A stretch of 64,000 nt of DNA from Planctomycetota bacterium. GTDB taxonomy: Bacteria > Planctomycetota > Planctomycetia > Pirellulales > UBA1268. The stretch covers positions 7,845 to 71,844 of the forward strand of contig QWQH01000017.1 of NCBI GenBank assembly GCA_003670915.1. Reading direction: 5' to 3'. A program made the position numbers and the translations under genes. Under the pieces are notes generated by a model. The model was given only the letters and a program-made list of their open reading frames with translations, had not been told where the DNA came from and did not search any database. Shown here in pieces: positions 31,365 through 40,707 of this stretch; position 1 is the stretch's first letter, and the number at the start of each line of letters is the position of its first letter.

Positions 31365-31991
31365 ATGGGACGTATTACTGGGCCAGTGTGCCGCCTGTGT
31401 CGCCGTGACGGCTTGAAGTTGTTTCTCAAGGGCAATCGGTGCGACACTCCGAAGTGTGCCTTTGAGCGGCGACCTACTCCTCCTGGCATGGTGCAGAAAC
31501 GGCGCAGCAAGCCGACGGAGTACGGCCTTCATCTGCGCGAAAAGCAGAAGGTAAAGCATTATTACGGCGTGCTTGAGCGACAGTTTCGTACGTATTTTTC
31601 GCGTGCCGAACGAGGCAAGGGCAATACCGGCGAAACCCTTATGTCCCTGCTCGAGCGTCGCCTCGATAATATCGTTCATCGCATTGGCTTTGCTCCGTCG
31701 CGATCCGCTGCACGCCAGATGGTGATGCACGGCCACATCACGGTCAATGGCCGGCGATTGGATGTGCCGAGCTATCTCGTGAAGGCCGGCGATTTACTGC
31801 GAGTGAAGAATCGGATGAAAAGCTTGCAGTTGGTGCATGCCGCCCTAGCGGATTCGCGACGCGATGTGCCCGATTTTCTCTCGCGGGCCGACGGTCCGAT
31901 TCCAGAGGGACGGATCGATCGACTGCCGTCGGCCGACGACGTCTCGATTCCTGTGCAGGCGAATTTAATTATCGAGTTGTGTTCGAAGTAG
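31365..31991 (+). CDS. rpsD: 30S ribosomal protein uS4 (zinc-binding form)
   Basis: GPVCRLCRRDG..LFLKG; LREKQK; LERRLDNIV; ARQMVMHGH. Confidence 0.98.
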   Translation: MGRITGPVCRLCRRDGLKLFLKGNRCDTPKCAFERRPTPPGMVQKRRSKPTEYGLHLREKQKVKHYYGVLERQFRTYFSRAERGKGNTGETLMSLLERRLDNIVHRIGFAPSRSAARQMVMHGHITVNGRRLDVPSYLVKAGDLLRVKNRMKSLQLVHAALADSRRDVPDFLSRADGPIPEGRIDRLPSADDVSIPVQANLIIELCSK

Positions 31992-32054
31992 TTGTTTTCA
32001 AATACTTTTCGCTTTTTCATCAATAGAGTTCAAACTGTTTAACGGGAGTTTTGC

Positions 32055-33044
32055 ATGCATATCCGCTGGCGAGGCCTTGAGTTGCCCGGTTCGGTCGTGG
32101 CCGATCCAAAGACGCTCTCCGCGACGTATGGCAAGTTCGTTGCGGAGCCATTTGAACGAGGCTTCGGTACGACTGTAGGAAACAGCCTACGGCGCGTGTT
32201 GTTATCGAGTCTTGAAGGGAGTGCTGTCACTCAGATTAAAGTGGGCGGTGCCCTGCACGAGTTTACGACCATCAAGGGCGTGCTCGAAGATATTACTGAT
32301 ATCGTTTTGGCGGTGAAGAGTTTAGTAGTCAAAAACCATAGCGACTCTACGAGAGTGATTCGCGTTGAGAAGAGCACGCGTGGCCCGGTCACCGGGGCCG
32401 ATGTTCAAACGGACGAGGCGGTTGATGTAATAAGCCAAGATCTTGTTCTGGCCACGCTTACAGACGACGTGCCTTTTGAGCTTGAAATGGTCGTGGAAAA
32501 TGGCCGTGGGTATGTGCCTGCAAGTGAGCACAGTCCCGAAGCGCAGGAGATCGGCATTGTGCCGGTTGATGCAGTGTTTAGTCCGGTGACCCGCGTGCGT
32601 TATGAAGTCGAAGAGACTCGCGTTGGTCAGAAGACAAACTATGACAAGCTCACGATGGAAATTTGGACAAACGGCACGGTGACTCCCGAAATGGCGCTCG
32701 TCGAAGCCGCCAAGATCATGCGGAAGCATCTCAACCCGTTCGTGGGCTACATGGAGCCCCGCCAAAGCGTCAACTTGGCTGCAGTCGGCAGTCCGTTATT
32801 GATCGAAGCTCCTCTGGAAAGTCGTCTCGGTATGCTCCTTTCCGACCTCAAGTTGTCGTTGCGTGCTAGCAACTGCTTGGAGGCGGAAAACATTTCGACG
32901 CTCCGCGATCTTGTGTCACGATCCCGAGAAGAGTTGCTTGAGGTCAGAAACTTTGGCGACACAACGCTGGAGGAGATTGAAGAGAAGTTAGCTGAGGTTG
33001 GCTTGACGCTTGGAATGCAGGTGCCGGCTACGATTGAAGCGTGA
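32055..33044 (+). CDS. rpoA: DNA-directed RNA polymerase subunit alpha
   Basis: [55 protein letters not shown]. Confidence 0.98.
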   Translation: MHIRWRGLELPGSVVADPKTLSATYGKFVAEPFERGFGTTVGNSLRRVLLSSLEGSAVTQIKVGGALHEFTTIKGVLEDITDIVLAVKSLVVKNHSDSTRVIRVEKSTRGPVTGADVQTDEAVDVISQDLVLATLTDDVPFELEMVVENGRGYVPASEHSPEAQEIGIVPVDAVFSPVTRVRYEVEETRVGQKTNYDKLTMEIWTNGTVTPEMALVEAAKIMRKHLNPFVGYMEPRQSVNLAAVGSPLLIEAPLESRLGMLLSDLKLSLRASNCLEAENISTLRDLVSRSREELLEVRNFGDTTLEEIEEKLAEVGLTLGMQVPATIEA

Positions 33045-33160
33045 TACTCGTGTGTTGGGGAATTCCCGATACATGCCAGTCGCATTCGTCATTCGGATTG
33101 AAGACAAGATAAAAAGACAAGATAGCAAAGAAAAAACAACCGGATCAAAGGACTCTATTC

Positions 33161-33754
33161 ATGCGACATCGTCGTAAAGGCCGTGTGCTCGGACGCAGCC
33201 CGTCTCACCAAAGGGCTCTGTTGCGTAATCTGGCTTCTGCTCTCATGTTGACTGAGCGTGAGGTAGAAGTTGATGAGGTCGGTGCGCCAAAAGTGGCTGG
33301 TCGAATTATTACGACCGTTGCGAAGGCCAAAGAAGTGAGGCCCTTGGTCGAGCGTTGCATCACTGTTGCCAAGCGGGGTCTTGTGGCTATCGGTCAGGCT
33401 CAGGAGTTTGGCAGTTTGGCTGTCCGCGATTCAGCGGAGTGGAAAAAATGGCGAACGAGCGACCAGTGGCAAAAATGGGCCCGCGCGTCTGCCCCGGCTG
33501 TCACCGCTCGGAGACGAGTGGTGCAGTTGCTCGGCGATAAAAAAGCGGCCCGAATCCTTTTCGAGAGGATCGCTCCCCGTTTTGTAGATCGCCCCGGTGG
33601 CTACACGCGTATTTTAAAGCTTGCCACGCCCAGGCTGGGAGATGCTGGCCCGCGGGCCATGCTTGAGTTTGTTGGCGAAGCAGCCGGCCTGCAAAAGCCC
33701 CCTGCGCCACGGATTGAGTCGGTTAAGCCGCCCAGGAAATCTCGGACTGGCTAA
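33161..33754 (+). CDS. rplQ: 50S ribosomal protein bL17 with two insertions
   Basis: MRHRRKGRVLGRSPSHQRALLRNL; IITTVAKAKE; RPGGYTRILKL...GD. Confidence 0.96.
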   Translation: MRHRRKGRVLGRSPSHQRALLRNLASALMLTEREVEVDEVGAPKVAGRIITTVAKAKEVRPLVERCITVAKRGLVAIGQAQEFGSLAVRDSAEWKKWRTSDQWQKWARASAPAVTARRRVVQLLGDKKAARILFERIAPRFVDRPGGYTRILKLATPRLGDAGPRAMLEFVGEAAGLQKPPAPRIESVKPPRKSRTG

Positions 33755-33929
33755 CGGTAGAGGGTTGAAAAAGGCTTCTCTTGCTCACGACCTTTTGCCG
33801 GAAAAGAAGCAGTTCTTGCCGGGAATAGGCCGCACGCCTTTAATCGAATAGGATATGGCTAGGCTGTGATCTGCTGGCTGAAATGGCTTCTTGCGTGCAA
33901 ATCCAGTGACTCACGAGGGCTTCTGATCT

Positions 33930-35663
33930 ATGGCTGGCATACTGTGCAAAAAGTGGCGGGCTCACTCTGGTTTGGCTGTCCGTTTGGTGTTGTTGGCATG
34001 GATCGGACTGGGCGGTTTTGGCATAGCCAGCCTCGGCACATCCTGTCTTTTTGCAGCCGATGAACACTTTGGTATTCCGCAGGTCAAGGCTATCAATGAG
34101 CAGGTAGGGGCGGGCTGGGCTGACGCTGGATTGCAGCCATCGGCGGCAGCCACAGACGGGGAGTGGTGCCGTCGTGTGTATCTGGATGTGGTCGGCCGAA
34201 TTCCAACGGTCGATGAGTTGCAAAAATTCGTCGGCGACTCCGCTCCCACCAAGCGAGCCGAGCTTGTAACGCGATTGCTGGGCGACGATTGTGTCGATGA
34301 GTATGCCCGCAACTGGACCGATATTTGGACCACCGTGCTGGTTGGTCGGAATGTGGAAAACGATTTAGTAAATCGCCCCGGACTGCGTCAGTGGCTGCGG
34401 CGAGCCTTTTCAAAGAACATGCCGTACGATCAGTTTATGGTTGAGTTGGTGACAGCAACTGGTTCAAACGCCAATAAGGAAGGCGTTGAGGGCTTCAACG
34501 GCGCTACCAATTTCCTGAGCGGCAAGATGGCAGAAGATGGCGCCCAAGCCACCGCCAAAACAGCGCAAGTTTTCTTGGGCCTGCAGGTGCAGTGCACGCA
34601 GTGTCACAATCATCCGTTTAATAAGGGAAAGCAAAATCAATTTTGGGAGTTCAACGCGTTCTTTCGCCAGACGAGGGCCTTGCGCAGGTTTGAAGGCACG
34701 AGGGATGTACAATCCACTGAACTGGTCAACGAGGATTTCGCTGGTGAAGGCGGGAATCCGGAGGAGGCTGAGCTGTACTATGAGCTCCGCAACGGCGTCA
34801 AGAAGGTGGCGTATCCAGTCTTTGTTGACGGTACGGAAATTTCTAAGAGCGGCTACCTGCCGGGCACGATGGCAGACGGCAAGGCATACGGAACAGATCG
34901 CCGCAAGGAGTTAGCAGAGTTGATGCTCGTCAGCCCATTGATGCCCAAGGTGATCGTGAATCGCATGTGGGCGCACTTTCTCGGCTACGGCTTCACGAAG
35001 CCGATTGACGACCTCGGCGAGCACAATGCCCCTTCTCATCCCGAATTGCTCAATGGTCTTGCTGAACAGTTTCGGGAGCAGAGTTTCGATCTCAAGGAGC
35101 TCATCAAATGGATCGTACTTTCCAAGCCCTACGGTCTGTCGAGCAAGGTCTCAAAGGCCAACTCGCGAGATGATCCCACGTTAGGAGAGAAACCCAAGTT
35201 TTCTCATTTTTATCTCAGGCAGATGCAGGCCGAAGAGCTCTACGAATCCCTGTTGACTGCCACCGAGGCTGATCAAACTGGTGAGAAGGGGGAGAAGGCT
35301 GCCAAAAAGAAAGACGCATGGCTGAGTCAGTTCGTCATCGCTTTTGGTACCGATGAAGGAGATGAGGCCACCACGTTTAACGGATCGATTCCTCAGGTGC
35401 TCATGATGTTCAACGGGGAGTTGGTGAAGCTCGCAACCAGCACCGGAAAAGGAGGCTTTCTGGATCGAGTTGCTTCCAGCGGCCTCAAGAACCAAAGCAA
35501 AATCGATGCCCTCTATTTGGCGGCTCTGGCTAGGAAGCCCTCCACGAAGGAGGTTGCTACGGCCAATGACTTGATGGTGGCACGCAAAGGGGATGCGATT
35601 GGGGCCCTCCAAGACATCTGGTGGGCCGTACTGAATTCCAACGAGTTTATTATCAATCATTAA
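33930..35663 (+). CDS. DUF1549/DUF1553 (PSCyt2/PSD1) domain protein
   Basis: Signal peptide; RRVYLDVVGRIPT; PYDQF; FLGLQVQCTQCHNHP (CxxCH); VNRMWAHFLGYG; PSHPELL; WAVLNSNEFIINH. Confidence 0.93.
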   Translation: MAGILCKKWRAHSGLAVRLVLLAWIGLGGFGIASLGTSCLFAADEHFGIPQVKAINEQVGAGWADAGLQPSAAATDGEWCRRVYLDVVGRIPTVDELQKFVGDSAPTKRAELVTRLLGDDCVDEYARNWTDIWTTVLVGRNVENDLVNRPGLRQWLRRAFSKNMPYDQFMVELVTATGSNANKEGVEGFNGATNFLSGKMAEDGAQATAKTAQVFLGLQVQCTQCHNHPFNKGKQNQFWEFNAFFRQTRALRRFEGTRDVQSTELVNEDFAGEGGNPEEAELYYELRNGVKKVAYPVFVDGTEISKSGYLPGTMADGKAYGTDRRKELAELMLVSPLMPKVIVNRMWAHFLGYGFTKPIDDLGEHNAPSHPELLNGLAEQFREQSFDLKELIKWIVLSKPYGLSSKVSKANSRDDPTLGEKPKFSHFYLRQMQAEELYESLLTATEADQTGEKGEKAAKKKDAWLSQFVIAFGTDEGDEATTFNGSIPQVLMMFNGELVKLATSTGKGGFLDRVASSGLKNQSKIDALYLAALARKPSTKEVATANDLMVARKGDAIGALQDIWWAVLNSNEFIINH

Positions 35664-35817
35664 GTGTTTGGCCGAATGGTGTGCCCGAGTAGGGTCGGTA
35701 GGCTGGCTTTATTTGCCGTTTGACAGGGAATAAGGCATGCTATAGGCCGCGAATAGATGCCTACAAAGGGTGAGTGGTTGCTGGTTTCGATGTTTCATAC
35801 CGTGAAGGAGTTGAAGA

Positions 35818-37098
35818 ATGAGTTCGCATTTTTTTGATATTCCGGAGGGAATGAACCGTCGCCACTTCATGAGCCACTTGGCAGGCGCCGCGGCCCTTGC
35901 TGCCCCAGCCACCGCATTTACAAACTCGCTTCTGGCGAATGTTGCCGATTTAAAGAAGCGGCATAAAGCCGCGATTCTTTTGTGGATGGGCGGCGGTCCA
36001 AGCACGATGGATCTATGGGACCTGAAGCCGGGGGCATCTACTGGCGGTCAGTTTAAGCAGATATCAACGAGCGCCGACGGCGTAGCGATTTGCGAGCACT
36101 TGCCGCTCATGGCCAAGCAAATGCATCACATGGCAATCGTACGGTCCATGAGTACTCGCGAAGCCGACCATATGCGAGGTCGCTACTACATGCACACGGG
36201 CTATGTGCCCAATCCAAATGTCGAATATCCCAGCTACGGCTCTGTGATCGCGCATGAGTTGGCTGAGAAGGTGCCAGATCTTGAGATTCCCCCATTTGTT
36301 TCCGTTGGGAGCGGCAGCGTTGGCCCAGGCTTTCTTGGAATGACGTGGGCCCCGTTTGTGGTCGACTCCAACGGCAATGTGCGGAACCTCGACACAGGCA
36401 TTGATCCGGCTCGAATGGCCCAGCGAATGGAGATGCTCGCAACCATTGAGAAAAAGTTTATTGGCGAAAAGCGAGGCGGTTCGTCAGAAGACCACGCCAA
36501 GGTGCTCGACAGAACCGTCAAGCTGATGACGAGCAAGCAAATGGAAGCCTTCAAAGTGACGAAGGAGCCAAAGGAAGTTCAGGAGAAGTACGGTACCACT
36601 GGATTTGGCAAGGGTTGCCTCATGGCAAGGCGGCTGGTCGAAATGGGGGTTCCGTTTGTGGAGGTCGATCTGGGCGGATGGGACATGCACGCTGGCATCT
36701 TCCAGACGCTTGCAGACACAAAACTTCCAGAACTCGATAAGGCAATGAGCGCGCTTGTCAGCGATCTGGCCGACCGAGGCATGCTCGATGATACGGCAAT
36801 CATCTGGATGGGAGAATTTAGCCGCACGCCAAATATTAACGGTGGAGGTGGGCGTGATCACTGGGCGAGGAGTTGGAGCGTGGTGGTGGGTGGTGCTGGA
36901 TTCAAGCGAGGTGTGGCGGTGGGCGAGACGAGTTCTGATGGCAAGGAAGTCATCACAGAGCCCTATTCATCTCAAGATGTGATGGCCAGTGTTCTGAAGT
37001 CGCTGGGGATCTCGCTGGAGACGACGTTCACGGCCAAGAATGGCAGGCCGATGAAGATCGCCAATTCTGGAAAGGTGATCAAGGAGCTGTTTTCCTGA
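35818..37098 (+). CDS. DUF1501 domain protein, Tat-like N-terminus
   Basis: MNRRHFMSHL; LWMGGGPSTMDLWDLKP; CLMARRLVEMGVPFVEV; GWDMH; GEFSRTP; GRDHW. Confidence 0.93.
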   Translation: MSSHFFDIPEGMNRRHFMSHLAGAAALAAPATAFTNSLLANVADLKKRHKAAILLWMGGGPSTMDLWDLKPGASTGGQFKQISTSADGVAICEHLPLMAKQMHHMAIVRSMSTREADHMRGRYYMHTGYVPNPNVEYPSYGSVIAHELAEKVPDLEIPPFVSVGSGSVGPGFLGMTWAPFVVDSNGNVRNLDTGIDPARMAQRMEMLATIEKKFIGEKRGGSSEDHAKVLDRTVKLMTSKQMEAFKVTKEPKEVQEKYGTTGFGKGCLMARRLVEMGVPFVEVDLGGWDMHAGIFQTLADTKLPELDKAMSALVSDLADRGMLDDTAIIWMGEFSRTPNINGGGGRDHWARSWSVVVGGAGFKRGVAVGETSSDGKEVITEPYSSQDVMASVLKSLGISLETTFTAKNGRPMKIANSGKVIKELFS

Positions 37099-38615
37099 GC
37101 CGAGTCCGAGGAAACATTCCCTCAGGGCAGCCTCTGGACGGTGGAACGGCCCCGCAAGCGATCCTTCAGGCAGGTTCTCCAGAGAGTGTCGAAACCGTTT
37201 CTAGTGGGGTCGTTCATTTATCTGGCACGCTTCGACCTGTGGTCTGGCTTGTGGTGCCTGTGCTTGTTGAGCAGTTGCTAGCGCTCTCTGTTGGATTTAC
37301 CGATAAGTGGCTCGCGGGCAATCTGCTCGAGGGGCCCGAGTTTCTAGCAGCCGTCGGGCTTGTGGCCTACTGCTTGGGTTTTTTACCAGTTCTCTTTGCA
37401 ATTCCGTCGATAGCCGTCACGGCGTTGGTGGCTCGTAGTGTTGGCGCTGGCGATATGCCAGCAGCGAGGCGGGTCGCTGCCCAAGCGTTTCTCGTGGGAG
37501 CGTTGCTTGTGGCTCTGCTGTTGACGCTGAGCGGTATTGTCGGAGAGTCGTTCGTCAGGGTCCTGGGGTTGCCGCCAGCGAGTGCCGGGCTGGCGTTGCG
37601 CTATTTGTCCATCGTGCTGCCGGCGCTCCCGGCAATAATGATTATTCACGTGGGCGTGTCGGTGCTCCGAGGTGCCGGAGACATGCTGGCCGGTCTGCTC
37701 GCGATGTCGGTTGTGAACCTCATCAATGCGGCGGCGAGCTTCGCGCTGGCCACAGGGTGTGGTGGCCTGCCTTGCTTGGGTTGGGAGGGGCTAGCATGGG
37801 GCACGCTGGCTGGGTACGGCTGCGGTGCGATCTGCGTGATCGGACTGCTTGCCCGTACCGGCCACGGCCTACGACCAAGCCAGGCCGATTGGCGGCCCCA
37901 TCCAGCGTGGCTCAGGCGTATCTGGCACGTTGGAGTACCGGCTGGAGTCGATTGCGTGGGCAATGCGGCCTGCCACTTGGGATTTCTCTCAATTGTCAAC
38001 CGTCTTGGCAATATCGATGCGGCGGCCCACTCGCTTGCGATCACTATCGAATCGGTTGCATTTCTACCAGGGAGTGCGTTTCAGGTGGCTGCAGCCACGC
38101 TCGCGGGACAGTTTCTGGGCGCTCGAGATGAAAAACGGGCGAGAGACAGCGTGTGGCTAGCCGCGATGGCCTGCATGGGGCTCATGAGTATCCTCGGGTT
38201 TGTGCTGTTTAGCGTGGCCGATCCGCTGGCGGCGTGGTTTGTGGGCGGGGCTTCCCGGGAGCCAGAAGTCGCAAGACTAACCGCACAACTTGTACGGGTC
38301 GTGGCATTTGCCCAACCGCCACTGGCGCTCTTAATGGTTTTTTCAGGTGGCTTGCGGGGCGGCGGTGCCACCCGACTGCCGCTGGCCGTCAATTTTCTCG
38401 GCCTCCTTTTGATCCGTCTGCCATTGGCAATGTTCCTGGCCTGGCCCCAGGTACCGATCCCAGATGTATGGTTTTTCGGCCCAACAATCGTCATCCCAGG
38501 AATGGGATTGGGCGCGGTGGGGGCGTGGTATGCCATGGCGGCCGACTTGGCAGCCAGGGGGCTTGCCATGCTTATTATCTTTAAACAAAAGCACTGGTCA
38601 CGCGTGGCTGTCTGA
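37095..38615 (+). CDS. MATE family efflux transporter (start uncertain: proposed CTG 37095, first canonical start GTG 37239)
   Basis: Multiple TM helices; PVLVEQLL..VGFTD; LRGAGD; RLG...AAAH; GQFLGA; GGLRGGG. The frame is open from 37095. Confidence 0.88.
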   Translation: MSRVRGNIPSGQPLDGGTAPQAILQAGSPESVETVSSGVVHLSGTLRPVVWLVVPVLVEQLLALSVGFTDKWLAGNLLEGPEFLAAVGLVAYCLGFLPVLFAIPSIAVTALVARSVGAGDMPAARRVAAQAFLVGALLVALLLTLSGIVGESFVRVLGLPPASAGLALRYLSIVLPALPAIMIIHVGVSVLRGAGDMLAGLLAMSVVNLINAAASFALATGCGGLPCLGWEGLAWGTLAGYGCGAICVIGLLARTGHGLRPSQADWRPHPAWLRRIWHVGVPAGVDCVGNAACHLGFLSIVNRLGNIDAAAHSLAITIESVAFLPGSAFQVAAATLAGQFLGARDEKRARDSVWLAAMACMGLMSILGFVLFSVADPLAAWFVGGASREPEVARLTAQLVRVVAFAQPPLALLMVFSGGLRGGGATRLPLAVNFLGLLLIRLPLAMFLAWPQVPIPDVWFFGPTIVIPGMGLGAVGAWYAMAADLAARGLAMLIIFKQKHWSRVAV

Positions 38616-38712
38616 CCTCTTGAGCGACTGGCATGGCCTTGGGGGCTGCTGACGCTACACTCTGTGAAGTGGTGCTGGCCCGGGCACAGGCTCTGTTATG
38701 CGAGGGTTATTG

Positions 38713-40635
38713 ATGGCAGTTGATATCGATGTTGAACACTGGAGCACGGCCGATGCCGCCGACCTCTACGAAGTGGCCCGTTGGGGCAATGGGTATTTTT
38801 CGGTTGGTTCAAACGGCCATCTGCTCGTGCATCCCGATAAGAATCCTGGCAAGAGCGTCGACCTGAAGTCGCTCGTCGACCGCTTGCAGTTGCGAGGCAT
38901 CGACCTGCCAATCCTGCTGCGTTTTGGTGGAATCCTCCAACACAGGTTGGGTGAGATTCACGGTGCGTTTGCCGCTGCCATGAAGGAAAACGGCTATCGC
39001 GGAGATTATTGCTGCGTCTATCCGGTGAAGGTCAATCAGCAGCGGCAAGTGGTTGAGGAGGTGCTGCAGTTTGGTAAGCCTTACCGCTTTGGCCTCGAGG
39101 CCGGCAGCAAACCAGAGTTGCTTGCGGTGATCGCATTGGCCGACAACGACACACCGATCATCTGTAATGGTTTTAAGGATGCTGAATTCATCGAAACTGC
39201 AATGATGGCCCAAAAGATTGGGCGACACATCATGCCGGTCGTCGAGCGATTCTCGGAATTACAGATGATTCTGGAGTATGCAGAAAAACTGGGGGTGCGT
39301 CCCCGCATCGGCATGCGCGTGAAATTGGCCACCCGAGGCAGCGGTCGCTGGCAGGCTTCCGGCGGATTTCGAAGTAAGTTTGGGCTGACCTCCAGCGAGA
39401 TTCTCAAGGGGCTCGACCTGCTTGCCTCCCGCGGAATGGCAGACTGCTTGCAATTGCTGCACTTCCATCAAGGAAGTCAGATCACCAACATTCGGCACAT
39501 TAAAGCGGCACTCAACGAGGCATCGCGGATGTACGCAGAGTTGGTGAAGCGAGGCGCCGGCCTCCGGTATCTCGATGTTGGAGGCGGATTGGGGGTCGAC
39601 TACGACGGCTCACAGACCAATTTTGAATCGAGCGTAAACTACACCCTGCAGGAGTATGCTAACGACGTTGTCTATCACGTGCAAAATGCATGCGACGAGG
39701 CTGGCGTGCCCCATCCGATAATCGTATCGGAGAGCGGCAGGGCCGTGGTGGCCTATCACAGCATGCTCATCTTTGGTGTGCTCGGAGTTTCGGAGCAGGG
39801 GGGCAACGGCGAACTTGTGGAACCCTCGCCCGATACCGAGCAACCCCTGCACGATTTGTTTGAGACCTGCCAAAACATCAACGTCCGTAATCTTCTGGAG
39901 AGTTACCACGATGCCCAGCAGTCGCTGGATACTGCAATGAGCCTTTTTACAAGTGGGTATCTTCCACTCGATCAGCGTTCGGCCGTCGAAAATCTCTACT
40001 GGGCGATTTGCCGAAAAATATGCAAGCTCTCGAAGCAGTTAGAATTTATGCCAGAGGAATTGGAAGGGCTCGAAGCGGTTCTCTCCGACACATACTTCTG
40101 TAACTTCTCGCTCTTTCAGTCGATTCCGGACAGTTGGGCGATCAAGCAACTCTTTCCTGTTATGCCGATTCATCGACTCAATGAGCGGCCCACTCGCGGC
40201 GCTGTACTGGGAGATGTGACCTGCGACTCTGACGGTAAGATCGATCAGTTTATCGACCGCCGTGATGTCAAACGCACGCTCCCGCTCCATGCGTGGCAGC
40301 AAGATCCCTACTATCTTGGGGCTTTTTTAATCGGTGCCTATCAAGAGATTTTGGGCGATCTCCACAATCTCTTTGGTGATACCAACGCCGTGCACGTCAG
40401 CACCGACGCCAAGGGCGATGTTGTGCTGGATGCCGTGATCAAGGGCGATACCGTGCGAGAAGTGCTCGACTACGTTGAATTCGACCCCAATCAACTCGTG
40501 CAGCGACTGCGAGAGTCGATCGAGCAGGCCGTGCGAGAAGGACGTATCTGCGACGAGCAGGCAGGCAAGTTCCTCAAGTTCTACGAGGAGGGACTGGGCG
40601 GTTACACCTATCTCGAGGAGCCCTCGCAGCGCTAG
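38713..40635 (+). CDS. speA: Biosynthetic arginine decarboxylase
   Basis: YPVKVNQ (PLP lysine); GLEAGSKPEL; SKFGL; LHFHQGSQ; DVGGGLGVDYDG; TCDSDG; GAYQEILGDLHNLFG. Confidence 0.96.
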   Translation: MAVDIDVEHWSTADAADLYEVARWGNGYFSVGSNGHLLVHPDKNPGKSVDLKSLVDRLQLRGIDLPILLRFGGILQHRLGEIHGAFAAAMKENGYRGDYCCVYPVKVNQQRQVVEEVLQFGKPYRFGLEAGSKPELLAVIALADNDTPIICNGFKDAEFIETAMMAQKIGRHIMPVVERFSELQMILEYAEKLGVRPRIGMRVKLATRGSGRWQASGGFRSKFGLTSSEILKGLDLLASRGMADCLQLLHFHQGSQITNIRHIKAALNEASRMYAELVKRGAGLRYLDVGGGLGVDYDGSQTNFESSVNYTLQEYANDVVYHVQNACDEAGVPHPIIVSESGRAVVAYHSMLIFGVLGVSEQGGNGELVEPSPDTEQPLHDLFETCQNINVRNLLESYHDAQQSLDTAMSLFTSGYLPLDQRSAVENLYWAICRKICKLSKQLEFMPEELEGLEAVLSDTYFCNFSLFQSIPDSWAIKQLFPVMPIHRLNERPTRGAVLGDVTCDSDGKIDQFIDRRDVKRTLPLHAWQQDPYYLGAFLIGAYQEILGDLHNLFGDTNAVHVSTDAKGDVVLDAVIKGDTVREVLDYVEFDPNQLVQRLRESIEQAVREGRICDEQAGKFLKFYEEGLGGYTYLEEPSQR

Positions 40636-40707
40636 CCTAGAAGGTGCCCGTTGCCTTTTCTGAAAAGGTGCGTGTCAGCTTTTTGCCTGTGAAGCGGTGA
40701 TCGACGT

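Noticed and set aside
22675..31991. Cys-containing forms of uL24, uS14, bL36 and uS4, and short-LID adenylate kinase
   Set aside because: All are common known variants.
35720..35746. TTGACA...TATAGG upstream of the DUF1501 gene
   Set aside because: The spacer is only 15 nt, too weak to call a promoter.
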